Shown piece by piece: positions 20,875 through 31,375 of a DNA stretch of 64,000 bases. The stretch is from an uncultured delta proteobacterium (GTDB lineage Bacteria > Myxococcota_A > Polyangia > Polyangiales > Polyangiaceae), in NCBI GenBank assembly GCA_963841435.1, contig CAWJCS010000003.1, positions 1,376,001 through 1,440,000 on the forward strand, read 5' to 3'. Positions within the stretch are counted from its first letter, which is position 1. Each line of letters starts with the position of its first letter. The notes beneath the pieces were generated by a model that was not told the origin of the DNA, searched no databases, and was given only the letters and a program-made list of their open reading frames with translations. Made by a program: the position numbers and the translations under genes.

Positions 20875-22113
20875 CTACGCGCCGTCGTAGCGCCGGAGCA
20901 CCAGCGACGCGTTGGCACCCCCGAACCCGAACGAGTTCTTGAGGCCCACCGCCACCCGCTGTTCCCGCGCGCTCGACACCACCTCGATGTCGCAAGCGGG
21001 GTCCCGCGCGTCGTAGTTGATGGTGGGCGGAATCACCGAACGGGCGATGCTGAGCGCAAGGATCGCGGTCTCGATGCCGCCCGCGGCGCCGAGCGTGTGG
21101 CCGATCATCGACTTGGGCGCGGTGACGGCGATTCCCTTCGCTCCGGCACCGAACACACGTTGCAGGGCGCGCGCTTCGGCCTCGTCGCCGATCGGCGTGG
21201 AGGTCGCATGGGCGTTGACGTGCACGACGTCCCCCGTGGCGGCGCGGGCGGAAGCGAGCGCGCTCTGCATGGCGAGGCGCATCCCCTCGCCTTCGGGGTG
21301 CGGCGCCGTCAGGTGGTGGGCGTCGCCGCTCGCGCCGTAACCGGCGAGCTCTGCGTAAATGGTCGCGCCGCGCGCGCGAGCCCGCTCGAGCTCTTCGACG
21401 ATGAGCACGCCGGCGCCCTCGGCAATCACGAAGCCGTCGCGTCCGAGTGCAAACGGCCGGCTCGCGGCGTGCGGCGTGTCGTTGCGCGTGGAAAGCGCCC
21501 GCATGGCACAGAATCCGGACACGCAGAGCTCCGTGAGCGTCGCTTCCACACCGCCCGTGATGACCGTGTGACACACGCCGCGGCGCACGAGCTCGAGACT
21601 TTCCCCGAGCGCGTGCGCGCCCGAGGCGCACGCCGTGGTGAAGGTCGCGTTCGGACCCCGCGCGCCGTAACGAATGCCCAACATGCCGGGCGCCGTGTTG
21701 CCGAGCATCATCGGCACCATGAACGGGCTCATGCGATCCGGCCCCTTCTCGAGCAAGAGGGCGTGATGGTGCTCGAGGCTCGCAAGGCCCCCGAGCGCGA
21801 CGCCGAGCAGCACGCCCACGTGCGGGGCCTCGCTTTCGTCGAGCTCGAGGCCCGCGTCGGCCACCGCCTCGTCCGCGGCGACGACGGCCAGCTGCGAGTA
21901 GCGATCCGTGCGGCGAAGCGTCGGCTTGTCGAGGTGCGCGCTCGCGTCGAACGCGGGAACCTCACCGCCGAAGCGCGTTTTGAGTCGCGACGCGTCGAAG
22001 TGCTCGAACGATCGGATACCACTCCGCCCCTCGAGCATTTGCCCGAAGCTCTTCTCGCGGCCGACACCGAGCGGCGTGACCAGACCAATGCCCGTGATGA
22101 CCGCGCGTCTCAT
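20875..22113 (-). CDS. fabF: Beta-ketoacyl-ACP synthase II
   Basis: MRRAVITGIG, TACASG (Cys), NAHATST, KSMIGH, NSFGFGG. Confidence 0.92.
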   Translation of the reverse strand: MRRAVITGIGLVTPLGVGREKSFGQMLEGRSGIRSFEHFDASRLKTRFGGEVPAFDASAHLDKPTLRRTDRYSQLAVVAADEAVADAGLELDESEAPHVGVLLGVALGGLASLEHHHALLLEKGPDRMSPFMVPMMLGNTAPGMLGIRYGARGPNATFTTACASGAHALGESLELVRRGVCHTVITGGVEATLTELCVSGFCAMRALSTRNDTPHAASRPFALGRDGFVIAEGAGVLIVEELERARARGATIYAELAGYGASGDAHHLTAPHPEGEGMRLAMQSALASARAATGDVVHVNAHATSTPIGDEAEARALQRVFGAGAKGIAVTAPKSMIGHTLGAAGGIETAILALSIARSVIPPTINYDARDPACDIEVVSSAREQRVAVGLKNSFGFGGANASLVLRRYDGA

Positions 22114-22787
22114 CGTCTCGCCTTCGCCTTTCCTCGTGACTTTTTGGCCGTCGCCGTGTGCGAACGCCGGACGCGACGCCCGGAGGCGACGCGCGGGGCC
22201 TTCTGATCGTCGAGGCCGACGAGCTTCCGGGCCTGCGTGTGGCACGCCCGAAGGATCTTCTTGGCGCGCGCCCGGTCGGGCACGGCGCGCGAGAGCAGCA
22301 CTCCACCGACGGCGAGCGCAACGGCAGCGATGACCTCGTCCTCGCCGAGCGCTACCTCGCCGCGCGTCCGCTCGGCGACGAGCGCGAGCATGCCCTCGAA
22401 CCGCCGTGCGAACTGCCGCCGCGTGGCCGGCGTGGCGCGCGCGATCTCGGCGGCCAGGCTGGGCATGATGCAGCCGTGCGCCGCGTCCTCGCGATGAGCG
22501 GGGTCGAGGTAACGCTGGAACAGGCCCTCGAGCCATGCCCGCCCCCGCCGATCGGCGAACGGCGCTGAGAGGCGCGCCCACGACGCCGCACCACTCTCTT
22601 CGACGACCTCGCGCACGAGGGACGCCTTCGACGGGAAGTGGGCGTAGAAGCCACCTGCCGTGAAGCCGGCACGCGCCATCACTGCATCGACACCCGTCGC
22701 CGCGATGCCGCGCCCGCGGAATAGCTGACCCGCCGCAGTAACGATGCGCGCGCGGGTCTTGCGCTTGCGATCGGGAGGATAGCGCAT
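22110..22787 (-). CDS. TetR/AcrR-family transcriptional regulator
   Basis: RIVTAAGQLFRGRG..GVDAVMARAGFTAGGFYAHFPSK; overlaps the fabF start. Confidence 0.9.
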   Translation of the reverse strand: MRYPPDRKRKTRARIVTAAGQLFRGRGIAATGVDAVMARAGFTAGGFYAHFPSKASLVREVVEESGAASWARLSAPFADRRGRAWLEGLFQRYLDPAHREDAAHGCIMPSLAAEIARATPATRRQFARRFEGMLALVAERTRGEVALGEDEVIAAVALAVGGVLLSRAVPDRARAKKILRACHTQARKLVGLDDQKAPRVASGRRVRRSHTATAKKSRGKAKARR

Positions 22788-22797
22788 GGCGGTTGTA

Positions 22798-22897
22798 TAT
22801 GACGATCGTACTACCATGGCAAGTCGCGCTTCCAGCGAAAACGGAGCAGCGTAGGTCGATTGGCTTTGGACGCGCAGTTTTGTATTACGATCGTACT
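22798..22897. promoter_or_regulatory. Two palindromic putative TetR operators
   Basis: TATGACGATCGTACT (22798-22812) and TATTACGATCGTACT (22883-22897), core ACGATCGT, directly upstream of tetR. Confidence 0.65.
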
Positions 22898-22991
22898 TTT
22901 ATCGACGGGCGGACGACTCGACTCGAATCGAGCTAGCACTCCGCCCCGCGCTGCGACGCCCCGGGCGACGCGGCGACGCTGGCCGCGGCGG

Positions 22992-24293
22992 TCACTCCAG
23001 ATAGAAGACGCTCACGTCGTCGGCGGCGGACCCGCCCTGACGATCCGCTCCGCCTGGAAGGTAGATGCGGTCGTCGATCACGGCCGCACCGAAGCCGTGG
23101 CGCGGAATGTCCATCGTGCCGACCTTCACCCAGGTGTCGGTCCCAGGGATGTAGCCGTCGATGTCCGGGAAGACGCCATCCGCTCGGTCGGCGTTGCCCT
23201 CGCCGCCGAAGAGGAACACCTCACCGCCGAGCACGCCGCCCGCCATGCCGCCACGCGGCGTCGGGATGGGTTTGATCTGCTTGTAGCCGGGTTCTCTGGG
23301 GTCGAACTCGAGCGACGACGGCTCGAAGTTGAGGATGCTGTCGATGCGACCGCCGAGGATGTAGATTTTGCCGTTCACGGTGGCGGCGACGCAGTGCTCG
23401 CGGGCGACGGGCATGTCCGGCAGCGGGTCCCACGCATCCATCGCGGGATCGTAGGCGGCAGCAAAGGCGACACTCACGGCGCCTGCCCCGCCGCCAAAGA
23501 CGTAGATGCGGTCTTCGAAGACCGCCGCGCAGCCGGCGCCGCGGGCGGTGCCCGTCGGGAGCGGCGCGACGGGCGTCCAGGCGTCGGCGTCGGGATCGTA
23601 CACCTGCGAATCGGTGGTCGCGTCGCGCATGCTCGTGGCCGTGTAGTGGCCGAGCACGTAGAGCTTGTCGCCGACGACGCCGACGTTCGGGTGATTGAGG
23701 GGGGTCGGATAGTCCGCAACGCTCCGCCACGTCATCGCTTTCGGGTCGTACGCCATGACGCTCGCGGTGATGTTCGGTGCGTACCCGCCGATGACGTACG
23801 CCTCGCCGCGCAATGCTGCGACCCCGTGCTCCTGGCGCACCGCCATCAACGACGGCAGCGCCTCCTCCACCGGATCGCCCGTGGGGATCGGAGTGCCCGC
23901 GCTACCACCGCTACCCGAGCTGCCGCTGCTGCCGGCGCTGGGCGCGCCCGCCTCACCGGAGCTCGTGCCGCCTGCACCATCGCCCGAGGAACCGCCCAAT
24001 GCGGCATTGCCTGCGGCACCGGACGCGCCCGACCCGGCCGAAGCACCCGCCGCACCGCCTGCCGAGCCGCTCGTTCCCACGTTCGGCATGCCGCCCGTGC
24101 CCGCAGCCGCGCCACCCGCGCCACCGCTTCCAGCGTCGCTGCCCGCCGCGCCACTTTGCGCGACGCTGCCGCCAGCACCGGCCCCTCCGCCGGCACCCGA
24201 CGCACCGCCGTTGCCCTTGAACGGCGACTCCTCGCCACTGCATGCGGCGAGCAGCACCATCGCGCACCAGCCGAGCGAAACGCGCGCCGCCAT
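22992..24293 (-). CDS. Kelch-repeat lipoprotein with Gly/Ser/Ala-rich linker
   Basis: LLAAC lipobox; repeated GG...YDP...W Kelch motifs. Confidence 0.85.
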   Translation of the reverse strand: MAARVSLGWCAMVLLAACSGEESPFKGNGGASGAGGGAGAGGSVAQSGAAGSDAGSGGAGGAAAGTGGMPNVGTSGSAGGAAGASAGSGASGAAGNAALGGSSGDGAGGTSSGEAGAPSAGSSGSSGSGGSAGTPIPTGDPVEEALPSLMAVRQEHGVAALRGEAYVIGGYAPNITASVMAYDPKAMTWRSVADYPTPLNHPNVGVVGDKLYVLGHYTATSMRDATTDSQVYDPDADAWTPVAPLPTGTARGAGCAAVFEDRIYVFGGGAGAVSVAFAAAYDPAMDAWDPLPDMPVAREHCVAATVNGKIYILGGRIDSILNFEPSSLEFDPREPGYKQIKPIPTPRGGMAGGVLGGEVFLFGGEGNADRADGVFPDIDGYIPGTDTWVKVGTMDIPRHGFGAAVIDDRIYLPGGADRQGGSAADDVSVFYLE

Positions 24294-24474
24294 CTCGAAC
24301 AATCCGTAGCCCCTTGCAGCATGAGCGGCAACCGATGACGTCCCGAGCGTCTCTCGACGAGACACATCCGGACGGTGTCGTCTTCCAGAGTGAGACAACG
24401 TCTACCGTACGAGTGGTTTTCCTGCACCGTTTGCATCCCTTTTCACGAGGCACACTGCTTGCTGAGCAACGGGC

Positions 24475-25035
24475 GTGACCAAGACGACAGAACGCACGCA
24501 AGTGGAACAACTCAGGGCGGAGGCAAGAGTCCATGCCGCCGGAGGCCGGTTGGCCGTGGCGCTGGAGCTTTACTGCCGCGCCACAGAGCTCGCGCCGAGC
24601 GATCCCTGGATCGCTCACGGCGCGGCCGAGTTCGCCCGCCGACTCAAGCGCGACGACCTCGCCCTCGCGTACCTTCGTCGCGCGGCGGCAGCGTTCGTGG
24701 CCATGGGGCAAACGCGCTACGCGCTGCCCGCGCTCAGAAGTTGCTGGCTGCTCTCGCGTGCTCGGCTTCCCGAGGGCGAGCCCGCGTTCCAGGAGATCAC
24801 CGAAGAGCTCGCCGCGGTGCAGCGGGATCTGGAATTCCACACCGACGCCAGCACGACCGAAGCGCTCGCGGCCGACGCACGTCGCTCGCACGGACTCGGC
24901 GCGCGATCGGAACCGCCTCGCGCACCACTCGAAAGTCTGGTGCGCTCCCTCGCTGCCCCGGCACCCTCTCCTTCGATGACGCACCCGGAGAAGCCGAGCT
25001 TCATCGCCCGCGTGCGCCGCGCCCTCTGCGCCTGA
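24475..25035 (+). CDS. Hypothetical helical-repeat (TPR-like) protein
   Basis: ALELYCRATELAPSDPW TPR-like pattern. Confidence 0.5.
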   Translation: MTKTTERTQVEQLRAEARVHAAGGRLAVALELYCRATELAPSDPWIAHGAAEFARRLKRDDLALAYLRRAAAAFVAMGQTRYALPALRSCWLLSRARLPEGEPAFQEITEELAAVQRDLEFHTDASTTEALAADARRSHGLGARSEPPRAPLESLVRSLAAPAPSPSMTHPEKPSFIARVRRALCA

Positions 25036-25137
25036 CGGGTTGACGGCAAGGCGACCATCACGCACTTTCACCCACGGATCGCAGTTCCGGGGGCCGCGTC
25101 CTTGAACGCACGCGCGAGTTCGGGCATCAAAGTGGGG

Positions 25138-25938
25138 ATGCTGAGGGCTCTCGGTGCATCGCTGGTCGTGGCGGGGCTGGCTGCAATCGCCACGGCGGCG
25201 TGCGGCTCCGCCGAAAGCGCCAGGGTCGACACGGGCATGAGCTGCCCGGCCATCGTCAACGACGGGGGCGACACCATTCCGCCACCGCCGGACGGCGTCT
25301 CGCTGTGCCCGGCCGGGACCTGCAACTACCAGAGCCAGAGCGGCTGCGGCGCGGACACCGCGTGCCAGCCGACACAGGTTGCCGGCGAAGCGAACGTCGA
25401 GCCTGGCTGCGTGCCGGCGGGAAGCGGCCACTCGGGCGAGCCGTGTGACGTGGACAACCCCTGCGACAAGGGATTCTTCTGCGCGAACGGGTACTGCCGA
25501 AAGCTTTGCTGCGGGCGCGACTGGTCGGCGTGCGACGAAGGCGAGAGCTGCTTTCGGAACCTCTTGCTGCGCATCGGCAACAACGTCGTGGATAGCGGCG
25601 CCTGGCTCTGCTTTCCCGTCAACGAATGCGACGTGCTCACCTCTGCCACGTGCGAGACTCAGGGATTCGACTGCAAGATGGTCAACCCGCGCGGCAAGGA
25701 AGCCTGCATCCCGCCCAGCCCGGAAAAGCTCGGCGAGCCCTGCTCGGGCGACGGCGCCTGCGCGCGCGGCCTCACCTGTGTCGGGGATCCGGGGGCGGCA
25801 CACTGCCGGCGGCTGTGCCGCGCCGAAGAATGTGGAGAGCCCGCCTGCCCGCCGGAGGAGGGGCTTTGCGTGCACTTCAACCGCGACCCGCCTCTGGTCG
25901 GCGAGTGCACCCCGGGCTTCACCCCCGCTGAGCCTTGA
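25138..25938 (+). CDS. Cys-rich secreted lipoprotein
   Basis: ATAAC lipobox; many disulfide-type Cys repeats. Confidence 0.7.
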   Translation: MLRALGASLVVAGLAAIATAACGSAESARVDTGMSCPAIVNDGGDTIPPPPDGVSLCPAGTCNYQSQSGCGADTACQPTQVAGEANVEPGCVPAGSGHSGEPCDVDNPCDKGFFCANGYCRKLCCGRDWSACDEGESCFRNLLLRIGNNVVDSGAWLCFPVNECDVLTSATCETQGFDCKMVNPRGKEACIPPSPEKLGEPCSGDGACARGLTCVGDPGAAHCRRLCRAEECGEPACPPEEGLCVHFNRDPPLVGECTPGFTPAEP

Positions 25939-26002
25939 AACAACCGCCCGCCTTTGGTAAGAGCGCCATCCCAAGTGGTCGGCACCCCCGGCCGCCCGGC
26001 CC

Positions 26003-26075
26003 GGGTCATTAGCTCAATTGGTAGAGCAGCGGACTCTTAATCCGTTGGCTTCTGGTTCGAGTCCAGAATGGCCCA
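26003..26075 (+). tRNA. tRNA-Lys(CUU)
   Basis: GGGTCAT-TAGCTCAATTGGTAGAGC-A-GCGGA-CTCTTAA-TCCGT-...-TCTGG-TTCGAGT-CCAGA-ATGGCCC-A. Confidence 0.95.
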
Positions 26076-27249
26076 CTAGTAATCGTTGAACAATCCGTCG
26101 TCGCTTGGTGCAGGCTTGGTGCGGCTGCACCAAAAACTGCACCAAGACGACCTGGGCGCCGCGAGCAAGTCCATGACATGGGGGGCCAGATCGTCCGGGC
26201 TTCGGGCGCGAACGGACGACCCGGGAGCCGCAGGGACTCGGCCGGAGCGAGTGCTGCGGAAGCCCGATGCGTTGACCTTCAGGCATCGCTCGATCCCGAG
26301 GCCGGCCCAGCCGCTCCGTTCGTCGCCTTCCCCGCTGATGCCACGGCGCCGGTACGCTTCGGGTCTTCAGCCAGCTCGGGGATCGCGTCGCAAAGGGGAA
26401 CCCAGTCGCCGAGGCTCTGCTCTTGGTGGCCCCGAGCCCAGCGCTTGTAGCGGTTGATCATCTGGCTCGACATGTGGCCCGTGCGGTCGGCGACCCACGA
26501 CTCGGTCTTGTTGTTAGCGAGGGCCACGGTCACGAACGAAGCACGAAGATCGTGGGCTCGGAGGTGCAGCCGATGCTCGTCGCTCTGGTAGAGCTGCGCA
26601 CGCTGGACACCGGCAAGCTTGAGGAAGCTGCGCAGCCGCTCGGCAAGTAGGTACGGGTCGAGCAGAGAGCCGTCAGCCAGGGCGAACACGTGGGCGCTCG
26701 GACTCTTGGAGCGCATGTAGCGGTCTCGGTACCTAGCCAACGCTTTGAGGGTGCCGGGCTGGAGCGGCCAGTCCTTCGGACGACCCGTCTTGGTCTCGTC
26801 CACGTGACCCCAGCCGTGATCGAAGTCCACCTCACGAAGTTGCAGATCCCGAACCTCCCCAACTCGGGGACCTTCTCGGGCGAGGAAGCCGTAGAACAGA
26901 CGCTCGACAAGCGGCACGTCCCGGCAGGCCATCAGCTTCAGATCCTCGTCCGGGTACACGTAGGCTTTCGCCTTCTCGGCGCCCGGCTTTGGCAGGAAGC
27001 CAAGCGGCAGCGGATGCGCGGCAAGAATGTCGGCGAGCGCCGGAAAGCGCGGAAATCTGAGCGAGGCCGCCTGACGGCGTAGTTGGCCCCGGCCGCGCGA
27101 GCGGCGGAGGATCTCGGCCCGCCCCAAATAGGAAGGGCCCGGAGACTTCACCTCTCCGAGCCCGGGTCGCCGCGAGTGGACGCGTTCGACGCGATGGTTG
27201 TCGCACGAGTCCGCGAGGGTGGCCGAGTTCTCGGCGGCCGCGCTCGCGA

Positions 27250-27912
27250 GTGGACGATTTCCGGCAGATCCAGTGCTTGGTCGATGACTGCCGGCGGCTG
27301 TTCCACCTGTGCCGGGGTTGCGATCGCGGACACGTCTACTGCCCGGACGGACGGCACGACGCCAAGCGCGCGAGCACGCGCCGGGACTCGAAGCGGCGGC
27401 ACTGGCGGAGCCGTGGAGGACGGCGGACTACAGCGGCACGGCTGCGACGCTTCCGAGCTCGTCGGCGAAAAATAGAAACGGACAGGGGTCGCCGAGAAGT
27501 TGGCCTGTCCCCGATCGTGGTCGTCGCCGAGCGCTCCGCCGTCGCGGTGACGGTCGAGTCGCCCGGCAAGGAAACGACCGATGGAATCGATTTGGATGGG
27601 AATTGCGCCGGGTTCGGCGACGACCCGGGTCTTGGCGATGGCGGGCCCCGGCGAGACGCTGCTCAAAGGCATGCTGCGGGGGACCCCGTCGCATGCGCGG
27701 GCGCTGCCGACGCTGCTCGAGGCGGTGGCGCTCTGGCAGGGAGCCCCGGTCCGCGCTGTGCTTTGTGCGGACGCGAGGGCCGCTTCGTCCGACTCGCCCC
27801 TCTCGCACGTTGCGTGGGACGAGGGCGGCGCGCTCTACAACGTCACCTTCGTTCCCGGGCTCGACCGCCCCCGGCGGCGCAGCGGCGTTCGTGGGGTCGG
27901 AGACTTCCGTGA
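27250..27912 (+). CDS. IS21 accessory protein 1: Cys-rich and very basic
   Basis: CLVDDC..CRGCDRGHVYC, Arg-rich helix, distal CALCGR..FVRL. Confidence 0.55.
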   Translation: MDDFRQIQCLVDDCRRLFHLCRGCDRGHVYCPDGRHDAKRASTRRDSKRRHWRSRGGRRTTAARLRRFRARRRKIETDRGRREVGLSPIVVVAERSAVAVTVESPGKETTDGIDLDGNCAGFGDDPGLGDGGPRRDAAQRHAAGDPVACAGAADAARGGGALAGSPGPRCALCGREGRFVRLAPLARCVGRGRRALQRHLRSRARPPPAAQRRSWGRRLP

Positions 27913-27949
27913 TCTCGAGCGGCTGCTGGTCTGGGAGGTGGCGCGATGA
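27581..27949 (+). CDS. IS21 accessory protein 2, unknown function
   Basis: AAGGA-type RBS upstream; ATGA overlap with istA; globular-looking 122 aa. Confidence 0.6.
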   Translation: MESIWMGIAPGSATTRVLAMAGPGETLLKGMLRGTPSHARALPTLLEAVALWQGAPVRAVLCADARAASSDSPLSHVAWDEGGALYNVTFVPGLDRPRRRSGVRGVGDFRDLERLLVWEVAR

Positions 27950-29457
27950 TCTCCGAGGAGCTCCGTTCGCGCATCCGGCGGCTGTTCTTCGCCGAGCACT
28001 GGACGATCGGCACCATCGCCACCGAGCTCGGCTTGCACCGGGACACGGTTGCGCTGGCCGTGGAAACGTCTCGCTTCGCGACGGCGCGGTTCCAGAGCCG
28101 CGCGATGATCCTCGACCCGTATCGCGACTTCGTGCGGGCGACGCTCGAGCAGTACCCGCGGCTCCGCTCGACGCGGCTGTTCGAGATGATTCGCGCTCGC
28201 GGCTACGAGGGCAGCGTTTTCCCGCTCCGCCGCTACGTGCGTCACATCCGCCCGGCGCCGGCGCACGAGGCGTTTTTCCGCCTGAGCACGCTGCCCGGTG
28301 AGGAGGCCCAGGTCAACTGGGGGTCGTTCGGAAAGCTCCGCGTCGGTAACGCTGAGAGGCCGCTCTCGTGCTTCGTGCTCGTGCTTTCGTGGTCTCGGGC
28401 GACCTTCGCGCGCTTCACGCTCGACCAGACCCTCGAGAGCTTTCTGCGCTGCCACGTGGCGGCGTTCCAGCGCCTCGGAGGTGTACCGAGGACCATCCTC
28501 TACGACAACCTAAAAAGCGTCGTCCTCGAGCGGGAGGGCGACCTCATCCGCTTCCACAACCGCATCCTCGAGCTCGCCGGTCACTGCCACTTCGCCCCCA
28601 AGCCCGTCGCCGTCGCGCGGGGCAACGAAAAAGGCCGTGTCGAAAGACGGATCAGGGACCTCAGAGAATCCTTCTTTGCCGCACGCTCCTTCAGCTCGCT
28701 CGCCGATCTCAACCGGCAGCTCGAAAGTTGGCTCGAGCACGTCGCTCACCAGCGCGGCGTTCCCGGCGAGCTCGAGAAGCGCGTCTCAGAGGCGCTCGAC
28801 GAGGAGCGCCCCCGACTCTTGCCGCTGCCCGAGCATCCGTTCCAAACCGACGCGATTCGCGCCATTTCTTCTGGGAAAACCCCGTATCTCCGCTTCGACA
28901 AGAATGACTATTCGATCCCTCACACCCTGATCAGAAAGCCGCTGACGCTCGTTGCCTCCGAGACCACCGTCCGTGTGCTCGACGGCAACGCCGAGGTTGC
29001 TCGTCACCGCCGCTCTTGGGGAGCTCGCCAGCAAGTCGAGGACGAGACCCATCTCGCGGCTCTCGCCGCCGCCAAGCACAAGGCACGCGAGCACCGAGGC
29101 AGAAATCGGCTCTTCGTCGCTTGCTCTGCCGCTCAGCCGTTCCTCGCCGAGGTTGCTCTCCACGGCGGGCACCTCGGCGGCACGACCAGCCGCTTGCTCC
29201 GCTTGCTCGATCAGTACGGCGCCGCCGAGCTCAACGCCGCCCTCGCCGACGCGCACCAGCGCGGCGCCTTCGCCGCTCAGTCCGTCGCCCACGTCCTCGA
29301 TCAGCGCCGTCGCGCCCGCGGCGCTCCGGTCCCGCTCGAAGTCACGCTCCCGAGCGACCCGCGCATCCAGAGCCTCGTCGTCACACCCCACGCCCTCGAC
29401 CGCTACGACCGGCTCTCCCAATCTTCCGATCCGGCAGAAAAACAGGTGAAGCCGTGA
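27946..29457 (+). CDS. istA: IS21 transposase IstA (first catalytic Asp appears as Asn)
   Basis: N-terminal [25 protein letters not shown]. Confidence 0.93.
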   Translation: MISEELRSRIRRLFFAEHWTIGTIATELGLHRDTVALAVETSRFATARFQSRAMILDPYRDFVRATLEQYPRLRSTRLFEMIRARGYEGSVFPLRRYVRHIRPAPAHEAFFRLSTLPGEEAQVNWGSFGKLRVGNAERPLSCFVLVLSWSRATFARFTLDQTLESFLRCHVAAFQRLGGVPRTILYDNLKSVVLEREGDLIRFHNRILELAGHCHFAPKPVAVARGNEKGRVERRIRDLRESFFAARSFSSLADLNRQLESWLEHVAHQRGVPGELEKRVSEALDEERPRLLPLPEHPFQTDAIRAISSGKTPYLRFDKNDYSIPHTLIRKPLTLVASETTVRVLDGNAEVARHRRSWGARQQVEDETHLAALAAAKHKAREHRGRNRLFVACSAAQPFLAEVALHGGHLGGTTSRLLRLLDQYGAAELNAALADAHQRGAFAAQSVAHVLDQRRRARGAPVPLEVTLPSDPRIQSLVVTPHALDRYDRLSQSSDPAEKQVKP

Positions 29458-30245
29458 CCGAGCGCGATCTCCGGGCCCTGCTCCGCGCTCTCGGTCTCAC
29501 CGCCACCGCCGACGCGCTCGACGACCTCATCGCCCTCGCCACCAAGAAGCGCTTCGGCCCACTCGAGCTCTTCCAGCACGTCGCGGGCCTCGAGGAAAAA
29601 GAGCGCGCTCGGCGCGGACTCGAGCGCCGCATCCGGCGCAGCCGCCTGGAGCGTTTCAAACCCATGGCCGACTTCGACTGGAACTGGCCCTCGAAAATCG
29701 ATCGCCCCCTCGTCGAGTCCGTCCTCCGCCTCGACTTCCTCGAAGAGCCCAGAAACGTCGTGCTCGTCGCGCCACAGGGCCTGGGGAAAACCATGATCGC
29801 CCAAAATGTCGCCCACAACGCCGCGCTCGGTGGTCACGGCGTCCTCTTCATCTCCGCCGCTCAGCTCCTGCTCGACCTCGGCGCTCAGGAGTCCGCCCGC
29901 GCCCTCGAGCGCAGGCTCAAGCACTACGCCAAAATCGGCCTCCTCGTGCTCGACGAGATCGGCTTCCTCGCCTTCGACAACCGCAACGCCGACCTCCTGT
30001 TCCAGGTCATCAGCCGCCGCTACGAGAAGAAAAGCACCGTCCTCACCACCAATCTCGCCTTCAGCGGCTGGCCCACCATCTTCCCCAACGCCACCTGCGC
30101 CACCGCGCTCATCGACCGCGTCGTCCACCACGCCGACGTGATCGCCATCGAAGGCGAGAGCTATCGCGCTCGCGACGCCGAGGCTCAGGCCAAGGAACGT
30201 CGCTCGCGTAGAAAGGAGAAACCCGAGCCTGAGCCCGCTGCCTGA
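29454..30245 (+). CDS. istB: IS21 helper ATPase IstB
   Basis: APQGLGKT Walker A, LLVLDEIG Walker B, LTTN, DRVVHH..GESYR; GTGA overlap with istA. Confidence 0.93.
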   Translation: MTERDLRALLRALGLTATADALDDLIALATKKRFGPLELFQHVAGLEEKERARRGLERRIRRSRLERFKPMADFDWNWPSKIDRPLVESVLRLDFLEEPRNVVLVAPQGLGKTMIAQNVAHNAALGGHGVLFISAAQLLLDLGAQESARALERRLKHYAKIGLLVLDEIGFLAFDNRNADLLFQVISRRYEKKSTVLTTNLAFSGWPTIFPNATCATALIDRVVHHADVIAIEGESYRARDAEAQAKERRSRRKEKPEPEPAA

Positions 30246-30871
30246 CCAATCAGCTCCGCTCCGGAGGACAGCCCGAGCGCGACTGCGTCGCGCCCGGGCT
30301 GTTCAGATTTCGACGGAAACCGGGGCTCGGCAACACAAGAAGATGAAGCGGGTGAACCGCAAGTCGCAGCACGTACCGAATGACCTGGCCAACCTGGCGC
30401 GCGGTTGCGTCGCTCAGCTCGGCTCGTGGCGGCAGCGCCGCCATCACGCTTTCCGCAAGCTCCAGGCCCTTCGGAGCAACGAATTCCTCGATCGGCACCT
30501 GCCCGATGTGATCGTACACGTAGATCCTCAACCGCGCCGCATCGTCCGAGGCCGACTTCTTCGACCTCACGTAGCGGGGGTAGAGTTGGGCAAGCTTGCC
30601 ACTGGTCCACAGCTCCCCGAGTTCCTTGAACGTCATGCCGGGCCAGATGGTGCCGTTGCTCGGGCGACCGGGAACCCTTGAAGCGCGTGCCGCATCCGCG
30701 CGGGCCTTGACGAACGTCTTGCAGTAGCGCCTGGCGACGTCATCTTCCTGAACAGTCTTGGGCACCCGGTGCATCTTCCACAGCCCGACCTTCACGCGGT
30801 ACTTCAGCACCCACTGCGCGTGCTGGTCGGAATACCAGGCGAACCAGTACTCCCCTTGGATCCGACGTCGC

Positions 30872-31375
30872 TCAGCCACCGCGACGGTCCGCTTTCTGGG
30901 CGTTGCCCAAAGCGAGGAGGTTGACATCGTCGAGATCCTCGGCGTCTTGCCTGAGCAACCACTCGTCAGCGTCGGGAACAACGATCCGGAGGAGCTTCCC
31001 GTACCCCCGCGTTGGAAGGCCGGCCCCGATCAGCTTGTCGAGCGTGCGGACGCTGTAGCCGACCCGATCAGCGTACTCGCCCTTCCGCATGAGCAGGGGA
31101 GCACGGTCGGCTGGCAGACCGCCGCCCCCGATGGCGTCACGCACCTGAGCGACCAGGTTCGGGTTCTCGGCTGCGAGCCTGAGGACCGCCTGAGCCAGCT
31201 CGACCAAGAGGCCGTCAGCGAACCCGCGTGGAGCAGTCGGTGGGGGCGGCAGGCGCGCTGGGCGTAGCGGGAGGACCTCGGCGGCAGGAGGTGGCACCCT
31301 CTTGGTACGCCTGGCATGAGCTGCACGTGAACCCGCTACGGACGCTTGCCCGTTCGGCTTTTCGGACCTCGACAC
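30872..31375 (-). CDS. Excisionase-like HTH protein (start uncertain)
   Basis: LLMRKGEYADRVGYSVRTLDKLIGAGLP..LLRI Xis/MerR-like wHTH; stop overlaps the integrase GTG. Confidence 0.65.
   Translation of the reverse strand: MSRSEKPNGQASVAGSRAAHARRTKRVPPPAAEVLPLRPARLPPPPTAPRGFADGLLVELAQAVLRLAAENPNLVAQVRDAIGGGGLPADRAPLLMRKGEYADRVGYSVRTLDKLIGAGLPTRGYGKLLRIVVPDADEWLLRQDAEDLDDVNLLALGNAQKADRRGG

Larger units (their letters stand above)
27028..30335 (+). mobile_element. IS21-family element with accessory ORFs
   Basis: TGT...ACA ends with ~33-bp imperfect IRs; 6-bp TSD CAAGAA (27022-27027, 30336-30341); istA/istB. Confidence 0.92.
26279..30879 (-). pseudogene. Island tyrosine integrase interrupted by IS21 (5' part 30336-30879, 3' part 26279-27027)
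   Basis: Removing the IS and one TSD gives in-frame ..HPLHLLAAHPLPLGFLPK..; catalytic motifs EGPRVGE, HDLR, TGH, MINRY. Confidence 0.9.

Noticed and set aside
23890-24210. Low-complexity GC-rich repeat-like tracts (also 51900-52230, 53480-53830)
   Set aside because: They encode Gly/Ser/Ala linkers of lipoproteins, not separate elements
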